A stretch of DNA of 64,000 nucleotides. It comes from the human T2T-CHM13v2.0 reference genome, Homo sapiens. The DNA is taken from the NCBI RefSeq assembly GCF_009914755.1, contig NC_060948.1; one strand, written 5' to 3'. The notes under the pieces are model-generated. The model searched no databases. It worked only from the letters and a program-made list of their open reading frames with translations, and was not told where the DNA came from. This document shows, in pieces, positions 53,263 to 64,000 of this stretch. The translations under genes and the position numbers were made by a program. Position 1 is the stretch's first letter. Every line of letters starts with the position of its first letter.

Positions 53263-54730
53263 ACATGTTCCATACATTTTTCTATCATATATATCCTCAT
53301 ACATATGTATATTCCTGTCATATTTACGTTCTTTCTTTACTTATGCGTCTTTTTCTTTTTAAAATATAAACTTCAGTCATATTTATTTTAAAAATTTTAT
53401 TTACATTGTTTTATATCTTCACTTCCTCTTGTGTCATTGCTCTCCTAGAGTGTGCTGCAAATTCTGCTGATGAGCTGTCTTGTCATTTCAATGTCAGACA
53501 TATTCTAAACTAACCTGTTTGGCTCTCCAAGCCAGAACACTTGCTGTATGCAAAGTTTCCAGAGAAGGCATTTTGAATTTCTGTCGGCCAAGGCACAAGG
53601 ATACATGTCTTGGCATCATGGTTTAGTACAGAAATTCTTTTGGAATATTTGTCTCATATAGAAACAGTCAATTCCAGTCCCTGCATTCATGTACATCCTA
53701 AGTGTTATTACCTTGTGGTTAACCATGATTCTACGTGTGTTCACCAAAGATAAAACATTTAAGCCCAAAAATTCATTTGCTTTGGATCAAATATCTCAGT
53801 CTTATGCATGGGCATATTTCTCCTATATAAACATATATGTTCAAAACATTTAATGTTTTGTTTCTATTGATGTGGAGAAAAAGAAATTTGGCATGTTCAC
53901 CATAAGACATGCTGAATCAATGACAAATATATTTAAGCCAGATTTAACAGAAGCAAATAAATCACTAGCTAAAATGATCTTTAAAATCCCAGTAATATTT
54001 CAACAATGTTTTTAAAAAATCACCATGCACTTAATCCCCAGCAGTTGCCAGCCTGCTCCAGTGACATGTAAACAAATCATTAAGGAGCATAATTTTCTTT
54101 CAACAAAACACCCCAATCTCCAGCTTCCACATTTCCAGGGGGAAATGCTCCAACACATTTTGATTCATTAGGCAATCTTAACAATGACTTAGCTATACAT
54201 CTGACAAATACCTTTAATTCAATATGTTAGCATATTTGATAAAATAGAGATAGTACAAATTCAAGAGTCCTTAGATTTTTAACAAGTTTCATTGTCTCCT
54301 TTTACAAGATACATCCAAAAATGTACAGCCTTTACTAGTCTGATACATTTTAATATGACATTCCTTAAAATTTGATTTAAACAGATTCTATAAAAACTCT
54401 ATTAGTGATATTTTATTTCTGAAGAAATTACAATGGATTTTCTATTTAAATTGCAAGGCATCTTTCCGTTATAGTCATTCAACATTTGCAGATACAAGAG
54501 TAAAAATTTAAAGCAATGGGAAGTATACTAGTTATACATCTGTCCTACTACCAATAGCATTAGTAGGAGTTCATAGGAATACCTGAGCTAATGTGTCTAC
54601 AGGCTGACCTCCAAATATTTCATCTTATCTTACATCCTAAATCATAAGTAAATCAGAAAAGCTTTAAATATAATATAGAGTAAGTACAACAAGAAAACAT
54701 ACACATCATATGTACAGAATATCCAGGGAA

Positions 54731-55019
54731 GGCCAGGTGCTGTGGCTCACGCTTAAAATACTAGCACTTTGGCAGGCCCAGATGGGAATATCACTTGAGC
54801 CCAGGAGTTTGCTACCAGCCTGAGAAAAATAATGAGGTCTCATCTCTACAAAAAATAAAAAAAGAACAGCTGCCTGACATCCCAGCTACTCAAGAGGCTA
54901 ATGTGGGAGGATCACATGAGCCCAGGAAGTCAAGGCTGCAGTGAACTGTGATTAAACCACTGCACTCCAGTCTGGGTGACAGAGCAAGACCCTGTCTCTA
55001 CAATAATAATAATAATAAA
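54731..55019 (+). mobile_element. AluJ with (AAT)n tail
   Basis: Alu dimer with a small internal deletion. Confidence 0.88.
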
Positions 55020-55542
55020 CAACATCAAGAGAGAAGAAATCCAATTTGGGAAAGGACAATTATGTCAATATTTCAACTGGTCCTGCAGTGCACGCTACAT
55101 GAAATTAGATACCTGAAATGATATTAATTTGTTTTGAGTCTCCATACTATCTTTTGACATACTGAAAGCAACTGTATTTCACATAAATATAAAAATTGTA
55201 TTAGGAGATATAAAATTTCAACTGCTTTGGGGATAATTTCAGGCTTGTAAATATAGCCATAATTATTCTTAAGAATGGATTAAGATCCAGGATGTTAATG
55301 ACTGGAAATCAAGGGTTATGATAGAAAGAGTTTTCCAAAGAAATTTGATCAAATGACACTTCTCTGTATGGCATTTTAATGAAACTTTTTCTGAAGAATT
55401 TACATTATCACATGCTGACATATATATACATTTTGCATGTTAAAGAAAAAGTTTATATACACAAAATTAATTCAATAATTGCTATGGAACAACTCCTGAG
55501 TGAAAAACTATTTATTTGTATGTGCTGAGGATATATTAATAC

Positions 55543-55814
55543 TTTTTTTAAAAAAATTGAGACAAGGTCTTACTCTGTTGCCCAGGCTAAAGTGAAATGG
55601 CATGATCATTTGAGGCTCACTGCAGCCTCAAATTCTGGAGCTTAAGTGATCCTCTCAACTCAGACACCTGAAGTGCGTTCTACCACACTTGGCTAATTTT
55701 TAATAGGGTCTCATTACATTGCTCAGGCTTGTATCAACTCCTGGGCTCAAGAAATCCTCCTGCCTTGGCCTCCCAGAGTTCTGGGATTACAGGCTTGAGC
55801 CACTGTGTCCAGCC
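55543..55814 (-). mobile_element. AluJ-like SINE
   Basis: Reverse Alu; degenerate TSD tattaatac/tattgatac. Confidence 0.85.
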
Positions 55815-56899
55815 AGTATTGATACATTTAAAGGAGCCCTATCTCAAAGAATGTACAATCTAGCCCAAAGATGAATGTATGCCCAACCACCTCAAAAGGT
55901 CCCACTGGATACAGGAACAGTCTGAAACCCTGAAGATTTTTTATATTCATTGAATAGTACTCTATATGTTGTATTCTTTAATAATATTCCATATTCTTAC
56001 TACCAGAAATGCCTATGCTCCTGAGTATAGTGAGTTCATTACTGCCAGATGTTCTTCAAAACCTGTGCACTATTTTATACCCTCCTTTCTTTCAGAAATT
56101 TGAGCCTTCTTTGAAAGAATGATTGATATGTTGAGATTCTATCACCTGTACTTATATTGTCCAAATGCCAAAACCTCAGAGCACAGGTATCTTTCTCTAC
56201 TCAATGCCACCTCCATGCTGCATTCTCTAGGGTGCAGGCAAGCAAATATGTAAAGAACACCAAGAATATACAGCATATGTTCATATAGAGGCTACATTTT
56301 GTTTGAGGATTGCAGATGAGTGTCATGCCAAAAATCAAGTGTGCATAAATTATTAAAAATAATAAAACTGGGTAAATAGAGTAGAATATATAATAAGCAA
56401 AAAAAAAACCTCTGAGGAGGCAATATTTGAGATAAGAGTCGAAATAGCTAGGAGGAATAGAATTTTGCTGGGAAGTATTTTCTGTTCTATAAATTGGATC
56501 TTGTAAGATGCCTTCAGCTCATTTACCACCAGTGCACAGAAATAACCCATTCTATCTGTTCCTCTCTCATGTATCTGATCCCTGGTTCACACTCCCTTCT
56601 GTGTTTGTCCAGAGGTATCTTTTCAGATCACCTTATTTATCTTGATGAATCTGTTTAATCGCTCACCTTTTCTCTTAAGTCTTGCTCCAATGCAAGATGT
56701 ATCTCCATTCAACAGTCAAGGCCAGAAAGACTTAAGAGGGGACAGATGGCAACTCTCCCCAGAGCAATCATAAATTAAATTCTATCATAAACTAAATTCT
56801 AATCCTATTCCTAATGGGTTTCTGTTTTTTTTCTATTTTTTCACAGAAAATTCAAACCCAAAGTGCTGGGATTACAGGCATGAGTCACTGCTCCTGGCA

Positions 56900-57352
56900 A
56901 ATATAAAACTTTTTAAATGCATGTTTCTCTTTTAAAGATACAATACCTTATTAGAGATATGCTTTCTATACTTTAACATTGAATTCATGACCAATTGTGC
57001 TGACACTCATGCCTGAACAGTTTCTTTGTGTGGCAAGTCACAGCCTTCCTGAACTTAGGAACATTAAACATCACTTCCAGGGTACATTTGGGGACCATTT
57101 AAAACATCAAAGTCACCAACAAAAAGGACAAAAACATGAAAAACCTAGCACAAAATAGTTCATGAAAAGAACACATGTTTACTACATGAGAGTCGAAACA
57201 AGAACACAGACAGTCACCTCATTTCCCCTCAACTGCAAACCTGTGTGCTGATTTTTTGCTACCCTACAAGTATCTTTGAGGGACCCCCAGCCCACCATGA
57301 GTATTGATTTAGGCGTTATTTGTAACTTTAGTGAATTTGCAAATCACAATGA
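56900..57352. mobile_element. MER82 (Tigger-family) fragment, preceded by a 42-bp Alu 5'-end remnant (56857-56898)
   Basis: ctcatgcctgaac, tcacagccttcctgaacttaggaac, caccaacaaaaag, gagtattgattt match MER82 from recall. Confidence 0.75.
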
Positions 57353-57758
57353 TTTGTTCCTATTTCCTCTCTCTCACATGCTGGCCTCTCTTCTTTTCTG
57401 TCAACATGCAGACCTCATTGGCTTCAGCCTTATTCATTCAACACACAGGATTTCTTACTAATATATGCAGTCGACTTGAATAAGGAAGGCAAGGCCAGGA
57501 CACACTAGATGTCATCAGTATGTTCAGCAGAGTTATCTCTAGAGAGAAAACAGAGAGATTGTGTTACCAGGGACGTTAAATCAAAACAAGTATGGATATT
57601 CATTATTTATAATTAAGAGGATTTGTTGATGCATTTTTTCTCACTATGATCCAGGCAATGTATTTAAGCTTAATAAGAATAAAAAATAAGGCAAATAGAC
57701 ATTTGGCTGACCTGATTTGTGAGAATCCTAACACAGGGAAAATTTAAATAAATATCTT

Positions 57759-58123
57759 TGTATTAGTTCATTTCAAACTTCCCGAATCTGGGTAATTTAT
57801 GAAGAAAAGAGTTTTAATTGTCACAATTCCACATGGCTGGTGAGGCCTCAAGAAACTTACAATTATGGCGGAAGTGAAGGGGGAAAGCAAAGACTTTCCT
57901 GAAATGGGGCCAGGAAAGAGAGCTAAGCTAGCAAGAGCAGGGGAAACTGCCTTATAAAATCATCAGATCTTGTGAGGACTCCCTCACTATCATGAGAGCA
58001 GCATGGGAGAAACTGCTCTCGTGATCCAATCACCTCTCACTGGGTCCCTCCTTTGACATGTGGGGATTATGCAGATTACAATTCAAGATGAGATTTGGAT
58101 GGGGACTTAGCCAAACCATATCA
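57759..58123 (-). mobile_element. THE1 solo LTR
   Basis: tgtattagttcattt ... agccaaaccatatca; TSD atctt/atcct. Confidence 0.9.
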
Positions 58124-58867
58124 ATCCTAGTTTCCCAAACTACAGACAGTGAGAGCTGGTCCAAGACTACAGCAATTCTCATCTATGCATTTAATAATCC
58201 TGTGCTATCCAGGGAGACATGCCTTTCTCTATAGTGCATAAACATTTTTGTTGCTTACTAAACCAAACATCTATTTCTCTCATAGTCACCCAAAGAAAAC
58301 CTTCAATCTATCAACCACTGGACTTTGTCTTTAAATCTGCTCCGGTTTGCTTTACTAAAATTATTTCATGAAGTAGCACATGAAAACAATTTGTATTTTT
58401 CACACCCCGAATCTGATATAAACATCTTATGCAAGCACCTTCTAGATCTTCATGTCTTTATGGTCTCTAAATATAAAGAATGCATACTTGTTCTGAAATA
58501 TTCCTAGAAGAACCCCAGAGGTGACTGTCTCATTCACAGATTAATCACTATTCTGTTTTGTCCCCCTCTCTGATCTATGCATATCACCTTATGAATTCTG
58601 CAGGGGGAAATATAAGTCCTAGCTTAACTTGAACTTTGAATTATCACACCTGGGTTAATTTTGGTTTAGAAGAAGAAGGGCTATGGAGAAGAGATTCAAA
58701 AGAAGATTATTGGATCTAAATTTCAGTGATTTAATTGGCCAATCTCTCTGATATTCAAGCAATTATCAGGACCTGTGTTGGTGGTTGGTGGCAATCTCTA
58801 GATGTAAACTCAAATCACCTACTTCTGTTGGTCTTCTCTTCTTACATTACTGTCAGTTGTCTAGATA

Positions 58868-59164
58868 TGCCAGGTGTGATGGCTCACACATGTAATCCCA
58901 GCAGTTTGGGAGGCCAAAGCAAGAGGATCACTTGAACCAAGGAGTTGGAGACCAGCCTGGGCAATAGAATGAAATCTTGTCTCTACAAAAATTAATTTAA
59001 AAAAATAGCTGGCCATGGAGGCACACACCTGTAGTCCTAGCTACTCAGGCTGAGAAAGGAGGATTGCTTGATCTTAGGATTTCGAGGCTACAGAGGGCTG
59101 TGATTGCATCATCATTGCACTCCAGGCTGGGTGACAGAATGAGACCTTGTCCCCCCACAAAAAG
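58868..59164 (+). mobile_element. AluJ-like SINE
   Basis: Alu dimer; TSD gtctagata (58859-58867 / 59165-59173). Confidence 0.88.
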
Positions 59165-60601
59165 GTCTAGATAAAGAAGGAGAAACAAACAAAAGAAAAA
59201 AGCCAAAGATAGTTTAAAAAAATGATGAGAACAAATAAGTAATAGAATGTAAGAATAAAAAAATTGCAGCAGAAGTGAGGATGTTATATGAAAAAAAAAT
59301 TTAGGTAGGATTTGGACAGAAGAATGCAAACATAAATTTTATTTATTTGTATTTTATTTATTTTGTCCTGATACATATTTACTGTTTTTGATATATTTTA
59401 TTGAAGTAACAATTAGTATTATTAGTAATAATTGTATACGTTTATCCTTCATCAAGTATTTAGACACCTGGCCATTTGAGGCTTGAAATAATAACAAAAT
59501 AATTTAGGTTTCTTTTAACACTGAGGAAAAGTTTTATATTTGGAAAATAATGTACATTCTTTTTATCACTGAGAAATAAATTGAATTAATGGTTCCACTG
59601 AGTTTTATTAAGGCCCTAAATCTGTAAAATGTGTTTGTCATTTTGTATTCCTATGATTATCTTCAGTGTTAAAAGTAATAAAGTCATTCTTTACATATTT
59701 AACCTAAGAGGCAACTTTTAATGCATGAATAGTTTAGTTCATGAAAGGAAAAAAAAATGTGATTTATAGTAAAAACACAATAGGTACATTCTTTTAAAAA
59801 TTAGAATAGCTTGAAGTATTCCTGAACACTTTGCTTAAATGTCAAAGGATTATAAGAAACAAACATACCAGGATATGTTTTTAGTAATTCAAAGTAAGTA
59901 TTAATAAGATGATAGGAATGTAATGCTCACATACTTCATTCAACCCTCTTGGAAATGAAAAAGCAAACATGACTATCTGGAATCTTACAGGCCATTTTGT
60001 AGGAAAAATTTGAATCCTAATTCATAATAGAATTTGGAACGGAATTCTGCCATCCAGAACCCTTTCATGGTCTGAGCTGTGTTCTAGTAGCAGGAGATAA
60101 TAAAATAACTGTCAGTGTTGTATAGGCTTCCCACCATTCTTCTTACCACTAGAATATGTAGAGAGTATTCATCATTATCCCTGTAGGAACAGAAAAAAAA
60201 AGCCAATTCAAGTCGTCAAATGCAACTTTAAAGATGAAAGTAGAGGTTTTAGCAAGCAATGTGCCATCTTTCACTGACACGTTTTTGAATGTATATTATT
60301 TTCTTTGAATATAACTCTTGGTTTGGCATCATTACCACACAGATTTGAGGAAAACTGCATTAAAAGCAGAAGTTAAAATCTGACTCTTCTCCCAGAGCTG
60401 AAGCTGAATTCTAAGTAAAAATCAGAACTAAAAATAATTGATCTCATGCAAAAACACTAGAGCAGGGAGGAAGCAAGAATTTTGCAAAATAATTGCTTTC
60501 TAAACAAACGCTATATGAAATCCCTCTATAGATTTTCAAGCAAGATTGTGTCTTAAGGCTTTGTAAGTTTTTCTGTTGTTTATGTTTTTTACTCTCCTTC
60601 A

Positions 60602-60696
60602 TTCTCTCTTTCTGTCTCTCTGTCTCTCTCTCTCTCTGTGTCTCTCTCAATCTCTCTCTGTGTGTCTCTGTCTCTCTCTATTTCCTCTCTCTCTCT
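60602..60696. repeat. Imperfect (TC)n/(TCTG)n tract
   Basis: Visible. Confidence 0.9.
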
Positions 60697-60990
60697 TAAA
60701 CATGCACACCCTTCCCTGGAATCTCATTCTCTGCCTTATTCTTGCTTCTCCTTCTTTCTCTTTTGTTTTGGTCCCTTTTTCTGCAGTTGCAATGACTTCT
60801 CAGTCCTGTAACACATTTGCACTCTATTTTTTCCTTTTGTTCAATACTCCCTCCTCCTATGAGCATACTTAACTCTAGAAAATTCAAAAATATTTATTTC
60901 AATTCTGTGGCATCCTGCTGGGACTGCCCATTAACTATGTCTCTAAAGCTCCTTAGAAATGCAAAATTTCTTCCTACATGTTTACTCTTT

Positions 60991-61277
60991 TTTTTTTTTT
61001 TTTTTTAGGACTGAGTTTTGCTCTGTTGCCACGCTGGAGTGCAGTGGCACAATTTCGGGTCACTGCAACCTCAACTTCCTAGGTTCAAGCAGTTCTCCTG
61101 CCTCAGTCTCTCAGGTAGATGGGACTACAGGCATGCTCCACCAAGCCCAGCTAATTTTTGTACTTTTAGTAGAGACGGGATTTCTGCATGGATATTCTTG
61201 ATCTCTTGACCTCCTGATCCACCCACCTCAGCCTTCCAAAGTGCTGGGATTACAGGAGTGACCCATCGCCTCTGGCC
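60991..61277 (-). mobile_element. AluS-like SINE
   Basis: TSD catgtt(t/c)actcttt (60977-60990 / 61278-61291). Confidence 0.92.
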
Positions 61278-61433
61278 CATGTTCACTCTTTATATCGTGA
61301 ATATCTGGATTTGAGAGGCTGGTAAGTTTTACAAACAACCTTTGAATTGCCATCTGTCTTTAGCCGACGGTTCAAGTCCTTTCTTTACAACTGGATGCTC
61401 TTAGCCACTTTCATTCCTTTAAAGTACAACTGC

Positions 61434-61732
61434 GGCTGGGCGCGGTGACTCATGCCTGTAATCCCAGCACTTTGGGAGGCCAAAGCAGGCGGATTAGGAG
61501 GTCAGGAGATTAAGACCGTCCTGGCTAACACTAAAAATACAAAAAAAATACACAAACACTCTCTACTAAAAAAATACCAAAAAAATAGCAGGGCGTAGTG
61601 GCACGCACCTGTAGTCCCAGCTATTTGGGAGGCTGAGGCAGGAGAATGGCATGAACCCAGGAGGTGGAGATTTCAGGAGCCGAGATCACGGCACTGCACT
61701 CCTGTCTTGAGGACAGAGCGAGACTCTGTCTC

Positions 61733-61757
<25 letters not shown>
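61434..61757 (+). mobile_element. AluY/Sc-like SINE with rearranged linker
   Basis: TSD aaagtacaactg (61421-61432 / 61758-61769) and long poly(A). Confidence 0.92.
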
Positions 61758-61763
<6 letters not shown>

Positions 61764-61906
61764 CAACTGGATGCTGTTAGTAACGTCCATTCCTTTAAAG
61801 TAAATGATTCACCCTGACCGTGTACTCTGGCCAATTGTCTGTTCCTTTGTCTCTACATTAAGTGGTAAATCTTCCCCGGGTCCTATACTCATTATTTTTT
61901 GCATCC

Positions 61907-61907
<1 letters not shown>

Positions 61908-61953
<46 letters not shown>

Positions 61954-62252
61954 TTATTTTTTATTTATTTTTTGAGACGGAGTCTGTCTCTGTAGCCCAG
62001 GTTGGAGTGCAGTGGCGCGATCTTGGCTCACTGCAACCCCCGACTCCCGCATTCAAGCGATTCTCCTGAGCTAGCCTCCTGAGTAGCTGGGATTACAAGA
62101 GCTCACCACCACACCAGGCTAACTTTTCTATTTATAGTAGAGATGGGGTTTCATCATATTGGTCAGGCTAGTCTGGAGCTCCTGACTTCGTAATCCTCCC
62201 GACTTGACCTCCTAAAGTGTTGGGATTACAGGCATAAGCCACCGAGCCTGGC
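61908..62252 (-). mobile_element. AluS-like SINE with (TTTA)n tail
   Basis: Reverse Alu dimer. Confidence 0.92.
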
Positions 62253-62424
62253 TAATTGGGTGATTTTTTTTTTTTTTTAATTTGTTATCCTTGATTTTGA
62301 AGTGTTTTTGTATATTTTGGATACAAGTCGTTATCTGAAATGTGTTTCCAAAATGTTTTCTCCCAGTCTGTGACCTGCTTTTTCATACTATTAACATTAT
62401 ATGTTGTACAGCATAACTTTTCAA

Positions 62425-62738
62425 TTTTATTTTATTTTATTTTGAAATGGAGTTTCACCCTTGTTGCTGAGCCTGGAGTGCAGTGACACAATCTTGGGTG
62501 ATAGCAACCTCTGCCTCTTGGGTTCAAACGATTCTCCTGCTTCAGCCTCTGGAGTAGCTGGGATTATCTGCACCCACCACCATGCCTAGCAATGTTTTTC
62601 TTGTTGTTGTTTTTCAGTAGTAGAGTCAGGCTTTCACCATGTTGGCCAGGCTGGTCTTGAACTTCTGACTTCAGGTGACCCATACAGTTTAGCCTCTCAA
62701 ATTTCTAGGACTACACGTGTGAGCCACTGTGCCCAGCC
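62425..62738 (-). mobile_element. AluS-like SINE within old L1M sequence
   Basis: Reverse Alu dimer flanked by L1M-like sequence. Confidence 0.88.
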
Positions 62739-63504
62739 AATTTTAAATTTTAATAAAGTTCAGTATGTCATCTTTCTTTTCACAGATTCTGGTTATTCTG
62801 CTTACGCAGAATCTATGAAAAATGTGAAACATTAAACTTGTGATACAAATATTATTCAGTGATAGAAAGAAATGAGATCTCACTTATACCTAGGACATCA
62901 TTGCCAAATCTAAGGTTATCTATATTTTCCTGGAATCTTGGTTATTTAATTTGCTAAGTTAAGTTTTATTTTATTAGTTTTATCAATAATTTCTTTTTTA
63001 GTGTACAAATATTACGTGCTTAAATGAATTCATCCTAAGTGTGTCACATTTTTTGCTACCTTTAAGCATTACACATTGTTGTAATTTTCCATTTCAAATA
63101 TTTATAGCATAAGTATAAAATAAATTTAATTTTGTTTATTTAACATGTTCCTTGGAGAGTTGCTTAACCCACTTTTTTGTTATTTTGTAGATAATATGGT
63201 ATATTCTTTATAAGTGATCATAATCTATGTCTATTTTTTAACCCTTTTCCTCTCCTATTTGGTAGTGCAAATAGCTCTAGTAAAATTTTGTCTACATGTG
63301 ATAGAAATAGATATGTTTATTTTGTTCTTGATTCATGAACAAAAGCATAGTCTTTTACCACTAAATTTGAGTGTTAGATTTAAGATCTTGTTTGATAACT
63401 AGATAAAGTTCTGCATGTTTTTTGTGTTAGAGTTTTAAAACTTACATCTTGAATTTTGTCAAGTGCTTCTTTTTTATTTATTGAGATAATTATGGGTGAC
63501 TAAT

Positions 63505-63932
63505 TGGTCAATGTGCCATAACAAAAAATATATAGCTCCACGTGTATGGAGCTTAAGCCACGTGGTGTGGCTTAAACAACAAAAATTTATTTTCTCACAG
63601 TCCTGGAGGCTTAAAGTCTAAGACTTAGGAGGTTGTCAGGGTTGATTTCTTCTGAGACTTCTCTGCTTGTCTTGCATGTGACCACCTTCTTGCTGTGTCC
63701 TCTTCATGTGGACTTTTCTCTGAGCATCACTGGTGTCTCTCTTTGTGTCCAAATTTCCTATTCTTATGAGGACAGCCATCACACTGTATTATGGCCCACA
63801 CTACTGACCTCATTTTAATTTCATCTCCTCTTTAAAGGACGTATCTCCAAATATAGTCACATCTTCACGTACTGGGGAATCAGGAATTGAATATATAAAT
63901 TTTGAAAGTAAGGGAACAAAATTTAGTCCAAA
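63505..63932 (-). mobile_element. MLT1A/B-like MaLR LTR
   Basis: gtggcttaaacaac..tttattttctcacagtcctggaggc ... tatctccaaatatagtcacat. Confidence 0.8.
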
Positions 63933-64000
63933 AGATAATGTTTTCCTTATTTCTGATATGGTCAATAAAATTGATTGACTTCAAATGTTTGCACCATTTT

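Overview
Repeat-dense, AT-rich primate (human-like) DNA with no recognisable intact cellular gene. Nearly all listed ORFs come from transposons or low-complexity sequence. Main contents: (1) a deeply nested stack of ERV1/MaLR solo LTRs at 1-6.1 kb (MLT1A>LTR8>LTR17; a MER4-group LTR hosting LTR8A, Alus and a MER34-like LTR); (2) a near full-length, coding-dead HERV30/LTR30 provirus (HERV-W/ERV9-related) at 20856-30052 with ATAT target-site duplication (TSD) and tRNA-Arg PBS; (3) a full-length, disrupted L1PA3-type LINE-1 at 35560-41644 with a 13-bp TSD; (4) many Alus, THE1/MLT1, Tigger/MER82, MIR, old L1M pieces and microsatellites. Repeat family names are from recall of consensus sequences, not a database search. 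I found no convincing new multi-gene system. The most notable observations are: a TSD-bounded young-L1 insertion with twin-priming inversion and an apparent 3' transduction (43496-44017); a recent 340-bp locally templated insertion with microhomology at both junctions (4609-4948, copied from 6002-6349); an L1 ORF0 frame that stays open for 204 codons into flanking DNA; an in-frame env deletion that removes the receptor-binding region; and several fold-back or templated repair scars. High ERV density and heavy decay of young repeats suggest a low-recombination region, possibly Y, but this is inference only.
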